From Candidatus Aenigmatarchaeota archaeon (GTDB lineage Archaea; Aenigmatarchaeota; Aenigmatarchaeia; Aenigmatarchaeales; JACQIB01), in NCBI GenBank assembly GCA_038999215.1, contig JAWABM010000005.1, positions 16,498 through 39,044 on the forward strand: a stretch of 22,547 nt of DNA, read 5' to 3'. This document shows, one piece after another, positions 1 to 8,838 of this stretch. Numbering within the stretch: the first letter of the stretch is position 1; every line of letters begins with the position of its first letter. A program made the translations under genes and the position numbers. The notes beneath the pieces were generated by a model, which saw nothing but the letters and a program-made list of their open reading frames with translations, was not told the DNA's origin and did no database searches.

Positions 1-74
1 GCATGAATCTTTTTCAAAACAAAAAACATCTTACACCAGCCGGTTTTGAAAGGATTAAGAGGTTGTGGTTTGTC
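1..74 (+). mobile_element. 3' end of a putative intron/insertion in 16S rRNA helix 8 region
   Basis: Non-rRNA sequence abuts CGCGAAAGTGAGGCTAAT. The expected 5' arm of helix 8 (GGATAACCT, pairing with AGG at 85-87) is missing and replaced by coding-like DNA. Exact junction uncertain by a few nt. Confidence 0.6.

Positions 75-101
<27 letters not shown>
1..101 (+). CDS. 3' fragment of a probable LAGLIDADG homing endonuclease ORF (16S insertion-encoded), 5'-truncated by the window
   Basis: Frame starting at base 3 reads MNLFQNKKHLTPAGFERIKRLWFVRESEANAP* (TAG 99-101). KKHLTPAGFERIKRL resembles the 'K.HLT.EG...I..L' C-terminal motif of rRNA-intron LAGLIDADG enzymes. Bases 1-60 are AT-rich and not rRNA-like. 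Confidence 0.65.
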
Positions 102-1473
<1,372 letters not shown>

Positions 1474-1583
1474 ATTTAATCCATGTGCGAGGGCTTCGGA
1501 GCGCTTATGATTCGCCAGCATCGGTTCCATTTTTTCCTGCTAGCTTGAGCTACAGCGTTTCAAACCAGAAATCATCTTGAAAA

Positions 1584-2111
1584 CTAGATATTATCGTGCT
1601 GGATACGTGTCACATGCCCGTCTTTCTCGAGTTCCTTTACGTACTTTTCAACCTGCTTCTCGGACATGCCGGTTGCATCCGCTATAGCCGCGATGGTGGA
1701 CGGGTCCTCCTCCAGGAACACTTTGTCTACCCTCTTCTTGCCCTTGTTCTCGATTCCTGTAATCCAATACGCCCTTCCGCAGAGCAACAGCCTTCCGCGC
1801 CCGTCAGGGCCTTCCTTGAGCTCGGCGCCGAGCGCAAGCAGGGCTTCCAGCTCCTCGTTGGTGACATATTTGTTGCCGTCCTCTTCCCCGAGGTCGTATT
1901 TGCCCTTCTTTTCGTCGTACCGAATCTCATCGCCAACCTGGATTTTTACAGGGTTGTTGCTCATGTCTCTTATGGCGTACATCCTGCCCTCTATTTCCAT
2001 CGCAAAGAATCTTTCGGTCTCATCGCAATAGATTTTGCAGCGTTTCCCCTTCTTCTTGAGGGCTTCGAGGTCCTTCTTTTCGAGCGTGCGGCCTTCATAG
2101 CTCTTTTTCAT
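1584..2111 (-). CDS. Hypothetical protein with C-terminal winged helix-turn-helix
   Basis: Lys/Glu-rich ORF ending in STIAAIADATGMSEKQVEKYVKELEKDGHV (HTH pattern). ATG at 2111 lies ~25 bp from TTTAAA (2134-2139); alternative GTG start at 2147. Confidence 0.7.
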   Translation of the reverse strand: MKKSYEGRTLEKKDLEALKKKGKRCKIYCDETERFFAMEIEGRMYAIRDMSNNPVKIQVGDEIRYDEKKGKYDLGEEDGNKYVTNEELEALLALGAELKEGPDGRGRLLLCGRAYWITGIENKGKKRVDKVFLEEDPSTIAAIADATGMSEKQVEKYVKELEKDGHVTRIQHDNI

Positions 2112-2133
2112 GGAAAGATATTGCGGCACAACC

Positions 2134-2139
2134 TTTAAA
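2134..2139. promoter_or_regulatory. Palindromic TATA box possibly shared by tRNA-Ala (+) and the wHTH gene (-)
   Basis: TTTAAA is 28-33 bp upstream of tRNA position 1 and 23-28 bp upstream of ATG 2111 on the other strand. Confidence 0.5.
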
Positions 2140-2166
2140 TTCTCCACGCCATTACCTTTATTTCGA

Positions 2167-2241
2167 GGGCTCGTAGATCAACGGTAGATCGCTTGCTTTG
2201 CAAGCAAGAGGTTTGGGGTTCGAATCCCCACGAGTCCACCA
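2167..2241 (+). tRNA. tRNA-Ala(UGC), CCA encoded, no intron
   Basis: Acceptor GGGCTCG/CGAGTCC with the G3.U70 alanine identity pair. Anticodon arm CTTGC-TT-TGC-AA-GCAAG, T-loop GGTTCGAATCC, 3' ACCA. Confidence 0.97.
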
Positions 2242-2249
2242 AACCTTCT

Positions 2250-2270
2250 TTGGCAAAGAAGCTTTGCCAA
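2250..2270. terminator. 9-bp inverted repeat between tRNA-Ala and a convergent ORF (possible terminator or processing stem)
   Basis: TTGGCAAAG-AAG-CTTTGCCAA. Confidence 0.4.
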
Positions 2271-2293
2271 TAAAGCGTGCATTTAAAGAACCT

Positions 2294-2488
2294 TCACGCG
2301 CCCTTGTAGAACGGGTTTATCTCGCAGCCGGCGCACTTGTCATCGCCTTCCTTCGGGGCGCGGCCCCCGGGGCAATACGGCCCCCCGCACCTGTCGTAGT
2401 TTATTCCGCACGGGCCGTGCCTTATTTCGGCGGGCGCGGGCTTCTTTTCGCCCCTCATCTCCGCGAGCAGGTCGTCCAGCCTTCCCAT
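2294..2488 (-). CDS. Small Cys-rich hypothetical protein (64 aa), possible metal binding
   Basis: ATG start, five Cys including a terminal CxxC (CAGC), fills the gap between tRNA and alba, TTTAT ~25 bp upstream. Confidence 0.55.
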   Translation of the reverse strand: MGRLDDLLAEMRGEKKPAPAEIRHGPCGINYDRCGGPYCPGGRAPKEGDDKCAGCEINPFYKGA

Positions 2489-2537
2489 GCGAAAAAATTG
2501 CGCGGAAAAGGATAAATCTGGGTAGGTAATGATAGGG

Positions 2538-2560
2538 AAAAACGGGCATCAGAGCGCCCG
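2538..2560 (-). terminator. Hairpin plus T-run terminator after alba
   Basis: Minus strand reads CGGGC-GCTCTGAT-GCCCG-TTTTT, starting a few bp after the alba stop. Confidence 0.5.
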
Positions 2561-2565
2561 CAAAA

Positions 2566-2853
2566 TCACTGCTTCTTCGCCAATGCTATCTCTATCGAGC
2601 TGACGTTCAGCTTCTCGCCGTTGTCGCCCTGCACTGTTTCGGTCCCTATGAGCACGTTCTTCACGTGCGTGTCCGTAACGAACTTGTTCCTCACTATCTC
2701 CGCCACGTCCACGGCATGGCTTATGGCCCTGCCCCTGGCCTTGAGGAGCACCTCGGGCCTGCCGTCATTGAACTGCGTGACGCAGGCCAGAACATAGCTC
2801 ATTGCGGGCTTCTTGCCGACGAAAACTACGTTGCTCTCCGCATTTTCTGCCAT
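2566..2853 (-). CDS. albA: DNA/RNA-binding protein Alba
   Basis: [14 protein letters not shown]...[22 protein letters not shown]...VSSIEI matches the Alba family signature; GGGGGTG ribosome-binding site upstream. Confidence 0.96.
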   Translation of the reverse strand: MAENAESNVVFVGKKPAMSYVLACVTQFNDGRPEVLLKARGRAISHAVDVAEIVRNKFVTDTHVKNVLIGTETVQGDNGEKLNVSSIEIALAKKQ

Positions 2854-2880
2854 CGTTTTGCACCCCCTGTTTTGACTGTC

Positions 2881-3219
2881 TTACTTGATTCTCTGCGGTG
2901 CCGGAAGGTTCGGGCATGCGCCTGCGCACACCACGGTCTTGCAGCACAAATCCTGGTTCCTCGCATCCGTTGCGTAATCCTTGCACTTGGATTGGCAATA
3001 GTTGTACAGGTTCGTGTAGTTCAGGTACTTGAACGGTATGTTCGCCGTGTTGGAATCGCAGCCCCTGCTCTGCAGCTCGCTACAGGCCGCGTTTCTCGCC
3101 GAGTTCTCCGCCAGAACGTTGCCCGGGTTCGCGAAGTATATCGCTATCAGCCCGAGCATCACCAGCACTGCCACTGCTATTATGACGAGAACGTTCACCG
3201 GAAGCTCTATCCCTTTCAC
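2881..3219 (-). CDS. Class III signal peptide (pilin-like) protein, Cys-rich
   Basis: KG|IELPVNVLVIIAVAVLVMLGLIAIYF. GTG 3219 follows AGGTGA, complementary to this genome's anti-SD; alternative start 3228. Confidence 0.85.
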   Translation of the reverse strand: MKGIELPVNVLVIIAVAVLVMLGLIAIYFANPGNVLAENSARNAACSELQSRGCDSNTANIPFKYLNYTNLYNYCQSKCKDYATDARNQDLCCKTVVCAGACPNLPAPQRIK

Positions 3220-3264
3220 TGTTTTCACCTAAGACCTATTTGGGACACTATATATAAATAGTTT

Positions 3265-3564
3265 TCATGGCACGCTGCATCCGCAGAACTTCCTGCATTC
3301 GTTTGCTGTCGTTTTTCCGTAGCATTCGCTGCAGACCTCCTGCAGGTTCGTGATCAGCCTGCCGTTCTGCGTGAAGTTGGCCACCTTTATGTTTTTCGGA
3401 TCGTTGCTGCAGTCCTGCACCATCCTCAGGCAGGCGCTCGCCTTGGCCGAATCGCAGCTCATGCTCGGCGTCGTGAATATGAGCACGACCAGCGTTATCA
3501 GCACTATGACCGCCACAACGATTATGACCAGCACGTTTATTGGAAGTTCGAGCCCTTTTTTCAT
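3265..3564 (-). CDS. Class III signal peptide (pilin-like) protein, Cys-rich
   Basis: MKKG|LELPINVLVIIVVAVIVLITLVVLIF; paralog of 2881-3219. Confidence 0.85.
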   Translation of the reverse strand: MKKGLELPINVLVIIVVAVIVLITLVVLIFTTPSMSCDSAKASACLRMVQDCSNDPKNIKVANFTQNGRLITNLQEVCSECYGKTTANECRKFCGCSVP

Positions 3565-3597
3565 GGAAGAATTTTTGGTCGAACCGCCTTATAAGCT

Positions 3598-4569
3598 TTA
3601 TCCGCTTGAAACCTCGGCTTTCCTTGGCAGTTCGTAATCATAGTTTGTCAGGAACTCGAGCCTCGTGCTGTCGAAGCCGCCGGGATAGAGCGAGATGGAT
3701 TTGCTGTCCTCTATTGACACCTTGATTCCGAGCTTTACCAGGACCGTGTCTGTCCTTATCAGGGTGTCCTTTGTCACGCTTATGTTGAACGCATAGCCGT
3801 ACTTGCTGGCCAGGACCGATTCCATCTGCTCCCTTATATCGGATATTGCGCTGTTGGCCGCCTCGCTGTCATAGAAGTCAAGCCCGGCCAAGCCAGCCCG
3901 GTCGCCGAGCCCGCACTGGAACGAGTATTTTATGAACTCTGTGGCGTTCCTCTGCATCGCCTTGCATTCCTCGCCTAGCTTGCCTTTTAGGCTGTCGGCC
4001 GCCGAGGCGGCCAGCGCCCTGTCCTCGTTCTCGAACAGGTTGCGGCCGGCCCTGAGAAGGCCGAAATATGACGTTTTGACTGTCCTGTTGAACCTTCCAG
4101 AAGTCTCCACCGTGACCCTGGGGTTCTTTGCGTTGATTATGACGAACCTCTTGCCGCCGGACGCCGTCACATCGCTGTCCGTATGGCTTATTGAAAGGTC
4201 CGCAGCATCCCAGCTGACGGTCATGTTCTTGAAGAGCGTTATCTCCGATAGCCTGCCCATGTCGCCCGCCACGCTGTCGTTGAATTTTTCCTCCAGCTCG
4301 GCCATTGTGGGAGAGGCCGCCGACCACCTGGCAAAACCCCCGCCCTCGCTGCCGAGCGACGTTTGCCGCAGCAGCGAGAACCCGGCCGCCGAATCTATCG
4401 TCCTTTTCATCTCTTCCGCGGCCAGCTGCGCCGCATAAACGTGCCTTGCGCTGCTCGCTATGCTAACCCTCTTGTCGTACTCCACCGACTTGTCGAGCAC
4501 GAACAGCACGGTGACTATGATTATTATCACTATGCCCAATATGAAGGCTGTCGCCCCTTTCATCATCAT
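3598..4569 (-). CDS. Pilin-like / N-terminally anchored secreted protein (~323 aa)
   Basis: MMMKG|ATAFILGIVIIIIVTVLFVL then a soluble domain; ATGA overlap with the upstream stop. Confidence 0.8.
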   Translation of the reverse strand: MMMKGATAFILGIVIIIIVTVLFVLDKSVEYDKRVSIASSARHVYAAQLAAEEMKRTIDSAAGFSLLRQTSLGSEGGGFARWSAASPTMAELEEKFNDSVAGDMGRLSEITLFKNMTVSWDAADLSISHTDSDVTASGGKRFVIINAKNPRVTVETSGRFNRTVKTSYFGLLRAGRNLFENEDRALAASAADSLKGKLGEECKAMQRNATEFIKYSFQCGLGDRAGLAGLDFYDSEAANSAISDIREQMESVLASKYGYAFNISVTKDTLIRTDTVLVKLGIKVSIEDSKSISLYPGGFDSTRLEFLTNYDYELPRKAEVSSG

Positions 4570-5069
4570 CCGCTCCACAGGGACAGCGCGGCCCTGTCCT
4601 TTCCCGCCTGTACCACGTACTCGGTCCTCACTGCGTGCTCGGTGTGGACGCCCATCCTGGCAAGCTCGGTCTTCCGGCCGCCCGCCTCGAGCATGAGCGT
4701 GTAGGGCTTGTCCGTGAGCTGGCTCATTATGATGGCGCTGGACCTTTTCAGGTCTATCTCATTGCCGTTCAGCGTGAAGTTCGTGCTGCCAGCGCTCACC
4801 GAATAGGTCAGAAGGTCCCTGATCCTGTAGCCGTGGTCGGTGGTCTCCAGGTAGGAAATCATAATGTTGTCCGCGTTCGGCGAGTCGTAGAGCAGCACGC
4901 CGTTCACGTACACCGTGACGTTGACGTGCATTATGAACATCACCAGGGCCGCTATGAAGAGCATGGTCAGCGTGCCGAAAAGGGACGTTATGAATGTGAA
5001 TATGTCCGTGAGGTAGAATATCCCGCCTTTCCCTTTACGCCATGGCCTGTACCCTGACAACCATCTCAC
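4566..5069 (-). CDS. Pilin-like protein (~165 aa)
   Basis: RKGKG|GIFYLTDIF followed by a hydrophobic stretch; start uncertain (GTG 5069, or TTG 5060 after AGGTGA). Confidence 0.75.
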   Translation of the reverse strand: MRWLSGYRPWRKGKGGIFYLTDIFTFITSLFGTLTMLFIAALVMFIMHVNVTVYVNGVLLYDSPNADNIMISYLETTDHGYRIRDLLTYSVSAGSTNFTLNGNEIDLKRSSAIIMSQLTDKPYTLMLEAGGRKTELARMGVHTEHAVRTEYVVQAGKDRAALSLWSG

Positions 5070-5451
5070 CTGCCACTATCCTGTCTTCCGAAAACTTGAG
5101 CGAGACAGGGAACGTTCTCGTCTCGCCTTTTGTCGTCGCTCCGCCGAAGCTCCACGTCCTTCCGCCGCCCGTTATTTTCACGCTGTACACCGCATCCAGG
5201 TCGATGCACAGCTCCTTTGCGCTGTCCAGCTTGCTCACCTCGAACACGCCCCTCCTCGGCTCGCCGTTCACCGTCTCCGTGAGGCACGGCGCGGAAAGCG
5301 CGGCCTGCCCCAAGTTCAGCGTCATCCTGTCCGCGTCGAATATGACTATGCTCCCGTTGTACGATATCGACTGCATCACCATGCCGAGTATGCCGAATAT
5401 CAGTATCACGGTCGTCATCAGCTTCAGCAGGAACTCGGCTATTTCCATCAT
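5035..5451 (-). CDS. Pilin-like protein without a basic leader (138 aa)
   Basis: MMEIAEFLLKLMTTVILIFGILGMVM; ATG 5451 overlaps the upstream TGA (ATGA). The longer track start at 5556 lies inside the upstream gene. Confidence 0.75.
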   Translation of the reverse strand: MMEIAEFLLKLMTTVILIFGILGMVMQSISYNGSIVIFDADRMTLNLGQAALSAPCLTETVNGEPRRGVFEVSKLDSAKELCIDLDAVYSVKITGGGRTWSFGGATTKGETRTFPVSLKFSEDRIVAGEMVVRVQAMA

Positions 5452-5906
5452 TCGACACCCAATGTTATCTTGCCGTCCGTTTTGTTGACCACGAACGCCT
5501 TGTTTTCGGCCGGGTTCATCGTCACGTTGCCTGTCGCCACGTTCGTGCCCGCGCACCTGACATACGCTATCGGGCTCGGCGGGCCGAACTTCACGTACCC
5601 TCCCCTCTCGATGGTACGGCCTCCCCTGTAGGCGTCCTCAGGCGGCAGCACGTTTATGGTCTTCGCGCCGAGCACAGCTGTGAGCGGCGTCGGCGTCACT
5701 GCCAGCTCGACCGTCATGTTCCCGCCCCCTATGCAGCCTGCGCCTATGAAGCTGGCCAGCGAGTCCTGGACAGTCGAAGGCGCGGAATAGAGCATGTCCG
5801 AGACGAGCTGGGCGCCGTAGGTCACGGCCCAGTAGAACACCACGAATATCAGGACTATCACTCCCACCAGCACGATTATGTCGTAAAGCTGCGTGCCTCC
5901 CTTCAT
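5448..5906 (-). CDS. Class III signal peptide (pilin-like) protein (152 aa)
   Basis: MKG|GTQLYDIIVLVGVIVLIFVVFYW; GGAGG RBS and ATGA overlap at 5903-5906. Confidence 0.8.
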   Translation of the reverse strand: MKGGTQLYDIIVLVGVIVLIFVVFYWAVTYGAQLVSDMLYSAPSTVQDSLASFIGAGCIGGGNMTVELAVTPTPLTAVLGAKTINVLPPEDAYRGGRTIERGGYVKFGPPSPIAYVRCAGTNVATGNVTMNPAENKAFVVNKTDGKITLGVE

Positions 5907-7906
5907 TTGGCCGCCTCCGTGGCGTTGCCGAACGCCACCTTGCTGTAGTCGAGCGTGTACAGCCCTATCTCGTCCCCGCCCGTTATTATGAAGTTCTCCT
6001 TCCCTGCCTCCTTGAAGTACTTGTGCCAGCCCTGCTCCGATTCCGACCACTTCGCCACCGAGTCGCAGGTCCGCACCTGATTGCACAGGTCCGACGCCGT
6101 GGCGCTGTAGCCCTCGGGCACGATGAAATAGACGTACCTGAACGGCTCGATGCCGTATTCCGCGCCCTTCACGGCCTCCACTGCGCCCTCCCTCGCCGAG
6201 CCGAGCGCGACCATGCTCCAGTTGAACTTGCAGCTGCCCGACGCGTCGGCCAGCCTGAGGTACCTGAATGCGTAGCCGTCCTTCAGCAGCATCCTCGTCG
6301 TGTTGCCCTCCATCGAGGTCTCGGCTATCTTGGCCCAGCTCTTCGTGTCGTTGGATGCCTGCACCGTCACCGTGGTGTTACAGCCCTTGGCCGCCGGCTT
6401 CAGCGAGATGAATACGGTCCTTTCGTTCCTCACGGTGCCGAAGTCGTACGTGTGCGTCGCATAAGCGCCGCAGTTCTCGTAGTTGTGGTCTGCCCTAGAC
6501 TCGGCCGTCTCAAGGCACTCTTTGGTCGAGTTGCCCTTGATCAGCGAGCACATTACCCCTATCCTGGATTCGCTAATCCCCATGTAGCTCGTCAGCTGCT
6601 TCAGCGTGATGTTCCTGAAGTCTAGCGGCACCCTTTTCAGCTCGGACTCGGGCACGTCCGCATATATGTCCGGCTTTATCACCTTCACCAGGTCCGCGGG
6701 ATCGTCGCAGGTTATCTTCGTGGCGTTCTTCTCCGCGCCGTACTCGTACTTGAGGCAGCATGACATGAGGACGGAGCTGGCGCTGTCGAAGCTCTTGCAG
6801 CCCGACTGCATGTTAGCTTCCGTGAGCTCGCTGAAAGGCCAGCCCGGCCAGAGCGCGGCCGTTTCCGCGCAGGCCCCCGCTCCCCTGCAGTAGTCGACAT
6901 CCAGGCACGGTATCGGCGCCACCATCGCGATGAACTGCGTCCCGCTGGCGGGTATGGCCAGCTTCTTGCCGGCCGTCTTGGCTGCGAGCTTGGCGACGGC
7001 CTTGGCGCTGGGCTTCGACCCGAGCGAAAGCACGTCGGTGATCAGGTCGACGACATAGCATCCTGTTTCCGCGCTGTACGCCGTCAGAAGAGACGCGAGC
7101 GTCCCCTCGTCGGAATAGCAGTAGTTGGAGGCGTCCCCAGCGCTGCACTTGTCTACATAGCCGTAGATCGTGCTTCTTCCGCCCTCCTTGCCCACGTCGT
7201 CCCCCCTCCTGAACGTCACCTTGCCGTAGCAGGGCGCTATGAGATAGAATGTCGGGTCGTTGTCCGCTATCAGCATTCCGTCCCTGACTATCCTCACGTT
7301 CGTCACGTTCGGCGAGCTTATCTTGACCACCTCCTCTCTCCCGCGGATGTTGAAGCAGAGCGCGTTCCCGCTCGTGCAGGGCTCTTCCAAATACTTGGTC
7401 TTGAAGAACTCCTTGAACTGCGTGGTTGTCGGCCTCACGTCCCATGGCCTCTGCCCCGCGAACGAGCGCTCGAACGGATACGACTCCGAGAAGTGGAACA
7501 GGCTCTTCAGCTTCTCGTACGCGTCGACGGCGGCTACGCCCGTGGCGGGCTTTTCGCCGGGCGTGAACACGCTCTCGACAGGCTTCTTCGGGAACTCCTT
7601 GTAGTAGGCCATGTATTCCGGCACCATCATCCCCATGTAGGCTTGCACATAGCCCACGCCGTAGAGCGAGAACGTGTCCTCCTGGCAGAACCTGACGGAA
7701 GCGACGTTGCACGGCTTGCCTGTCACAGGGTCCTTGTAGTTCTCGTAGTTGCCCGCGCACTCTATGGCCCTCTTCATCTCCTCGATGCTCAGCCTGGCAA
7801 GCTCGTCGCAGTTCGAGCGGGGGAACACGACATACACGAGTATCAGCGTGAGTATGGCTATGATGACGGAGACCGCGAACATGACGGCGTGCGATGTCCC
7901 GCGCAT
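5903..7906 (-). CDS. Large Cys-rich pilin-like/adhesin candidate with a discoidin (F5/8 type C)-like domain (667 aa)
   Basis: MRG|TSHAVMFAVSVIIAILTLILVYVVF, many Cys, and VTVQASNDTKSWAKI...FRYLRL, the typical discoidin/galactose-binding fold pattern. Confidence 0.8.
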   Translation of the reverse strand: MRGTSHAVMFAVSVIIAILTLILVYVVFPRSNCDELARLSIEEMKRAIECAGNYENYKDPVTGKPCNVASVRFCQEDTFSLYGVGYVQAYMGMMVPEYMAYYKEFPKKPVESVFTPGEKPATGVAAVDAYEKLKSLFHFSESYPFERSFAGQRPWDVRPTTTQFKEFFKTKYLEEPCTSGNALCFNIRGREEVVKISSPNVTNVRIVRDGMLIADNDPTFYLIAPCYGKVTFRRGDDVGKEGGRSTIYGYVDKCSAGDASNYCYSDEGTLASLLTAYSAETGCYVVDLITDVLSLGSKPSAKAVAKLAAKTAGKKLAIPASGTQFIAMVAPIPCLDVDYCRGAGACAETAALWPGWPFSELTEANMQSGCKSFDSASSVLMSCCLKYEYGAEKNATKITCDDPADLVKVIKPDIYADVPESELKRVPLDFRNITLKQLTSYMGISESRIGVMCSLIKGNSTKECLETAESRADHNYENCGAYATHTYDFGTVRNERTVFISLKPAAKGCNTTVTVQASNDTKSWAKIAETSMEGNTTRMLLKDGYAFRYLRLADASGSCKFNWSMVALGSAREGAVEAVKGAEYGIEPFRYVYFIVPEGYSATASDLCNQVRTCDSVAKWSESEQGWHKYFKEAGKENFIITGGDEIGLYTLDYSKVAFGNATEAAK

Positions 7907-7939
7907 ACCCTAATATTGCGGTTGGGCGATTAAAAAGTC

Positions 7940-8269
7940 TTACTTACAGCAGGCTTTCTGCACTCCCGCCCTGGTCGCGGCATAGCCGGATTTGCCCGCC
8001 AGCGCGGTTATCTTCATGAACCCGCTGCTGTCGATTTTCTTGTCGACCGCGCAGTCTATGTCCTCGAACGCCGCGTAATTGCCCTGGTCGTTCTTCTGGC
8101 AGAAGCCGTCCATCACGAACCTTGTGCAGCAGGCGGTGAGCGTCGCCGAGATTTCCTGGCTGCTGGCCGTGCCTGTCAGGGGCGCGAGCATGAAGTACGC
8201 GACCAGCACCACGACGAAACCTATGATCACCAGTATTATCAGCGTGACCGCGAGATCCACGCCTTTCAT
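7940..8269 (-). CDS. Class III signal peptide (pilin-like) protein (109 aa)
   Basis: MKG|VDLAVTLIILVIIGFVVVLVAYFML; Cys pairs (ACC...C...C...ACC). Confidence 0.85.
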   Translation of the reverse strand: MKGVDLAVTLIILVIIGFVVVLVAYFMLAPLTGTASSQEISATLTACCTRFVMDGFCQKNDQGNYAAFEDIDCAVDKKIDSSGFMKITALAGKSGYAATRAGVQKACCK

Positions 8270-8424
8270 GCCCTTGCGCCTCCGCTTATCATGCTCCTCA
8301 GCTGGTCCAGGAGCGGGTTGGACGCTCCGGATATCATGAGCACCAGCAGCGCCGCTATTATGGCCGCTATCAGCACTATTATCAGTATCACCGTCGCGTT
8401 TATCGGGAGCTCGACGCCTCTCAT
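8266..8424 (-). CDS. Micro-pilin-like protein (52 aa), not in ORF track
   Basis: Manual translation MRG|VELPINATVILIIVLIAAIIAALLVLMISGASNPLLDQLRSMISGGARA*; GGAGG RBS; stop/start overlaps at both ends. Confidence 0.85.
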   Translation of the reverse strand: MRGVELPINATVILIIVLIAAIIAALLVLMISGASNPLLDQLRSMISGGARA

Positions 8425-8579
8425 CAGTAGCCCCTCCTAAGCAGCGAGTTGAAGAAATCGACCAGGCCCTGCGCCGGGTCAGCCGCCTGTCCGCTGAACA
8501 CGCCCATCACTATCAGGCCCGTGAGCAGCAGCGCTATCGCCACTATGACTATCATCAGGAACGTCATGGCGCTTATCAT
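8424..8579 (-). CDS. Micro-pilin-like membrane peptide (51 aa), not in ORF track
   Basis: MISAMTFLMIVIVAIALLLTGLIVMGVFSGQAADPAQGLVDFFNSLLRRGY*; GAGGGTGA RBS; ATGA and TGATG overlaps. Confidence 0.8.
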   Translation of the reverse strand: MISAMTFLMIVIVAIALLLTGLIVMGVFSGQAADPAQGLVDFFNSLLRRGY

Positions 8580-8668
8580 CCTATCACCCTCCACAGGACG
8601 AAGGCCGCTATTATGGCCAGTATTATCATCACCAGGAAGCTTATAGTTTCCTCGGATATGCCCTTCAT
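8576..8668 (-). CDS. Minimal pilin-like peptide (30 aa), not in ORF track
   Basis: MKG|ISEETISFLVMIILAIIAAFVLWRVIG*; AGGTG RBS; TGATG overlap upstream, ATGA overlap downstream. Confidence 0.8.
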   Translation of the reverse strand: MKGISEETISFLVMIILAIIAAFVLWRVIG

Positions 8669-8838
8669 CACACCTTGCCTCCCATGCCGCTTAGTATGCC
8701 CTGCAGCCAGTCCGGCTTGGTGATGTCCATGCCCGACTGGTAGGCCTGATAGGCGATGTATATCGCCACCGCGACTATTAGCAGCACTATGAATACGAAT
8801 ATTGCCATTTCGATGGACGCCTGCAGCCCTTTAGACAT
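8668..8838 (-). CDS. Micro-pilin-like protein (56 aa)
   Basis: MSKG|LQASIEMAIFVFIVLLIVAVAIYIAY; GGAGG RBS before ATG 8838. Confidence 0.85.
   Translation of the reverse strand: MSKGLQASIEMAIFVFIVLLIVAVAIYIAYQAYQSGMDITKPDWLQGILSGMGGKV

Noticed and set aside
2167..2241. tRNA-Ala as attachment site of an integrated element
   Set aside because: No integrase and no duplicated tRNA 3' end seen in the window.
5030..5070. Frameshift at the ATGGCGTAA junction between two pilin-like genes
   Set aside because: The downstream gene has usable in-frame GTG/TTG starts with AGGTGA nearby, so no frameshift is needed.
5452..6086. Extended N-termini from the ORF track (5556, 6086; likewise 8868 and 13993)
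   Set aside because: They overlap upstream genes; internal ATGs with an RBS or stop/start overlap fit better.
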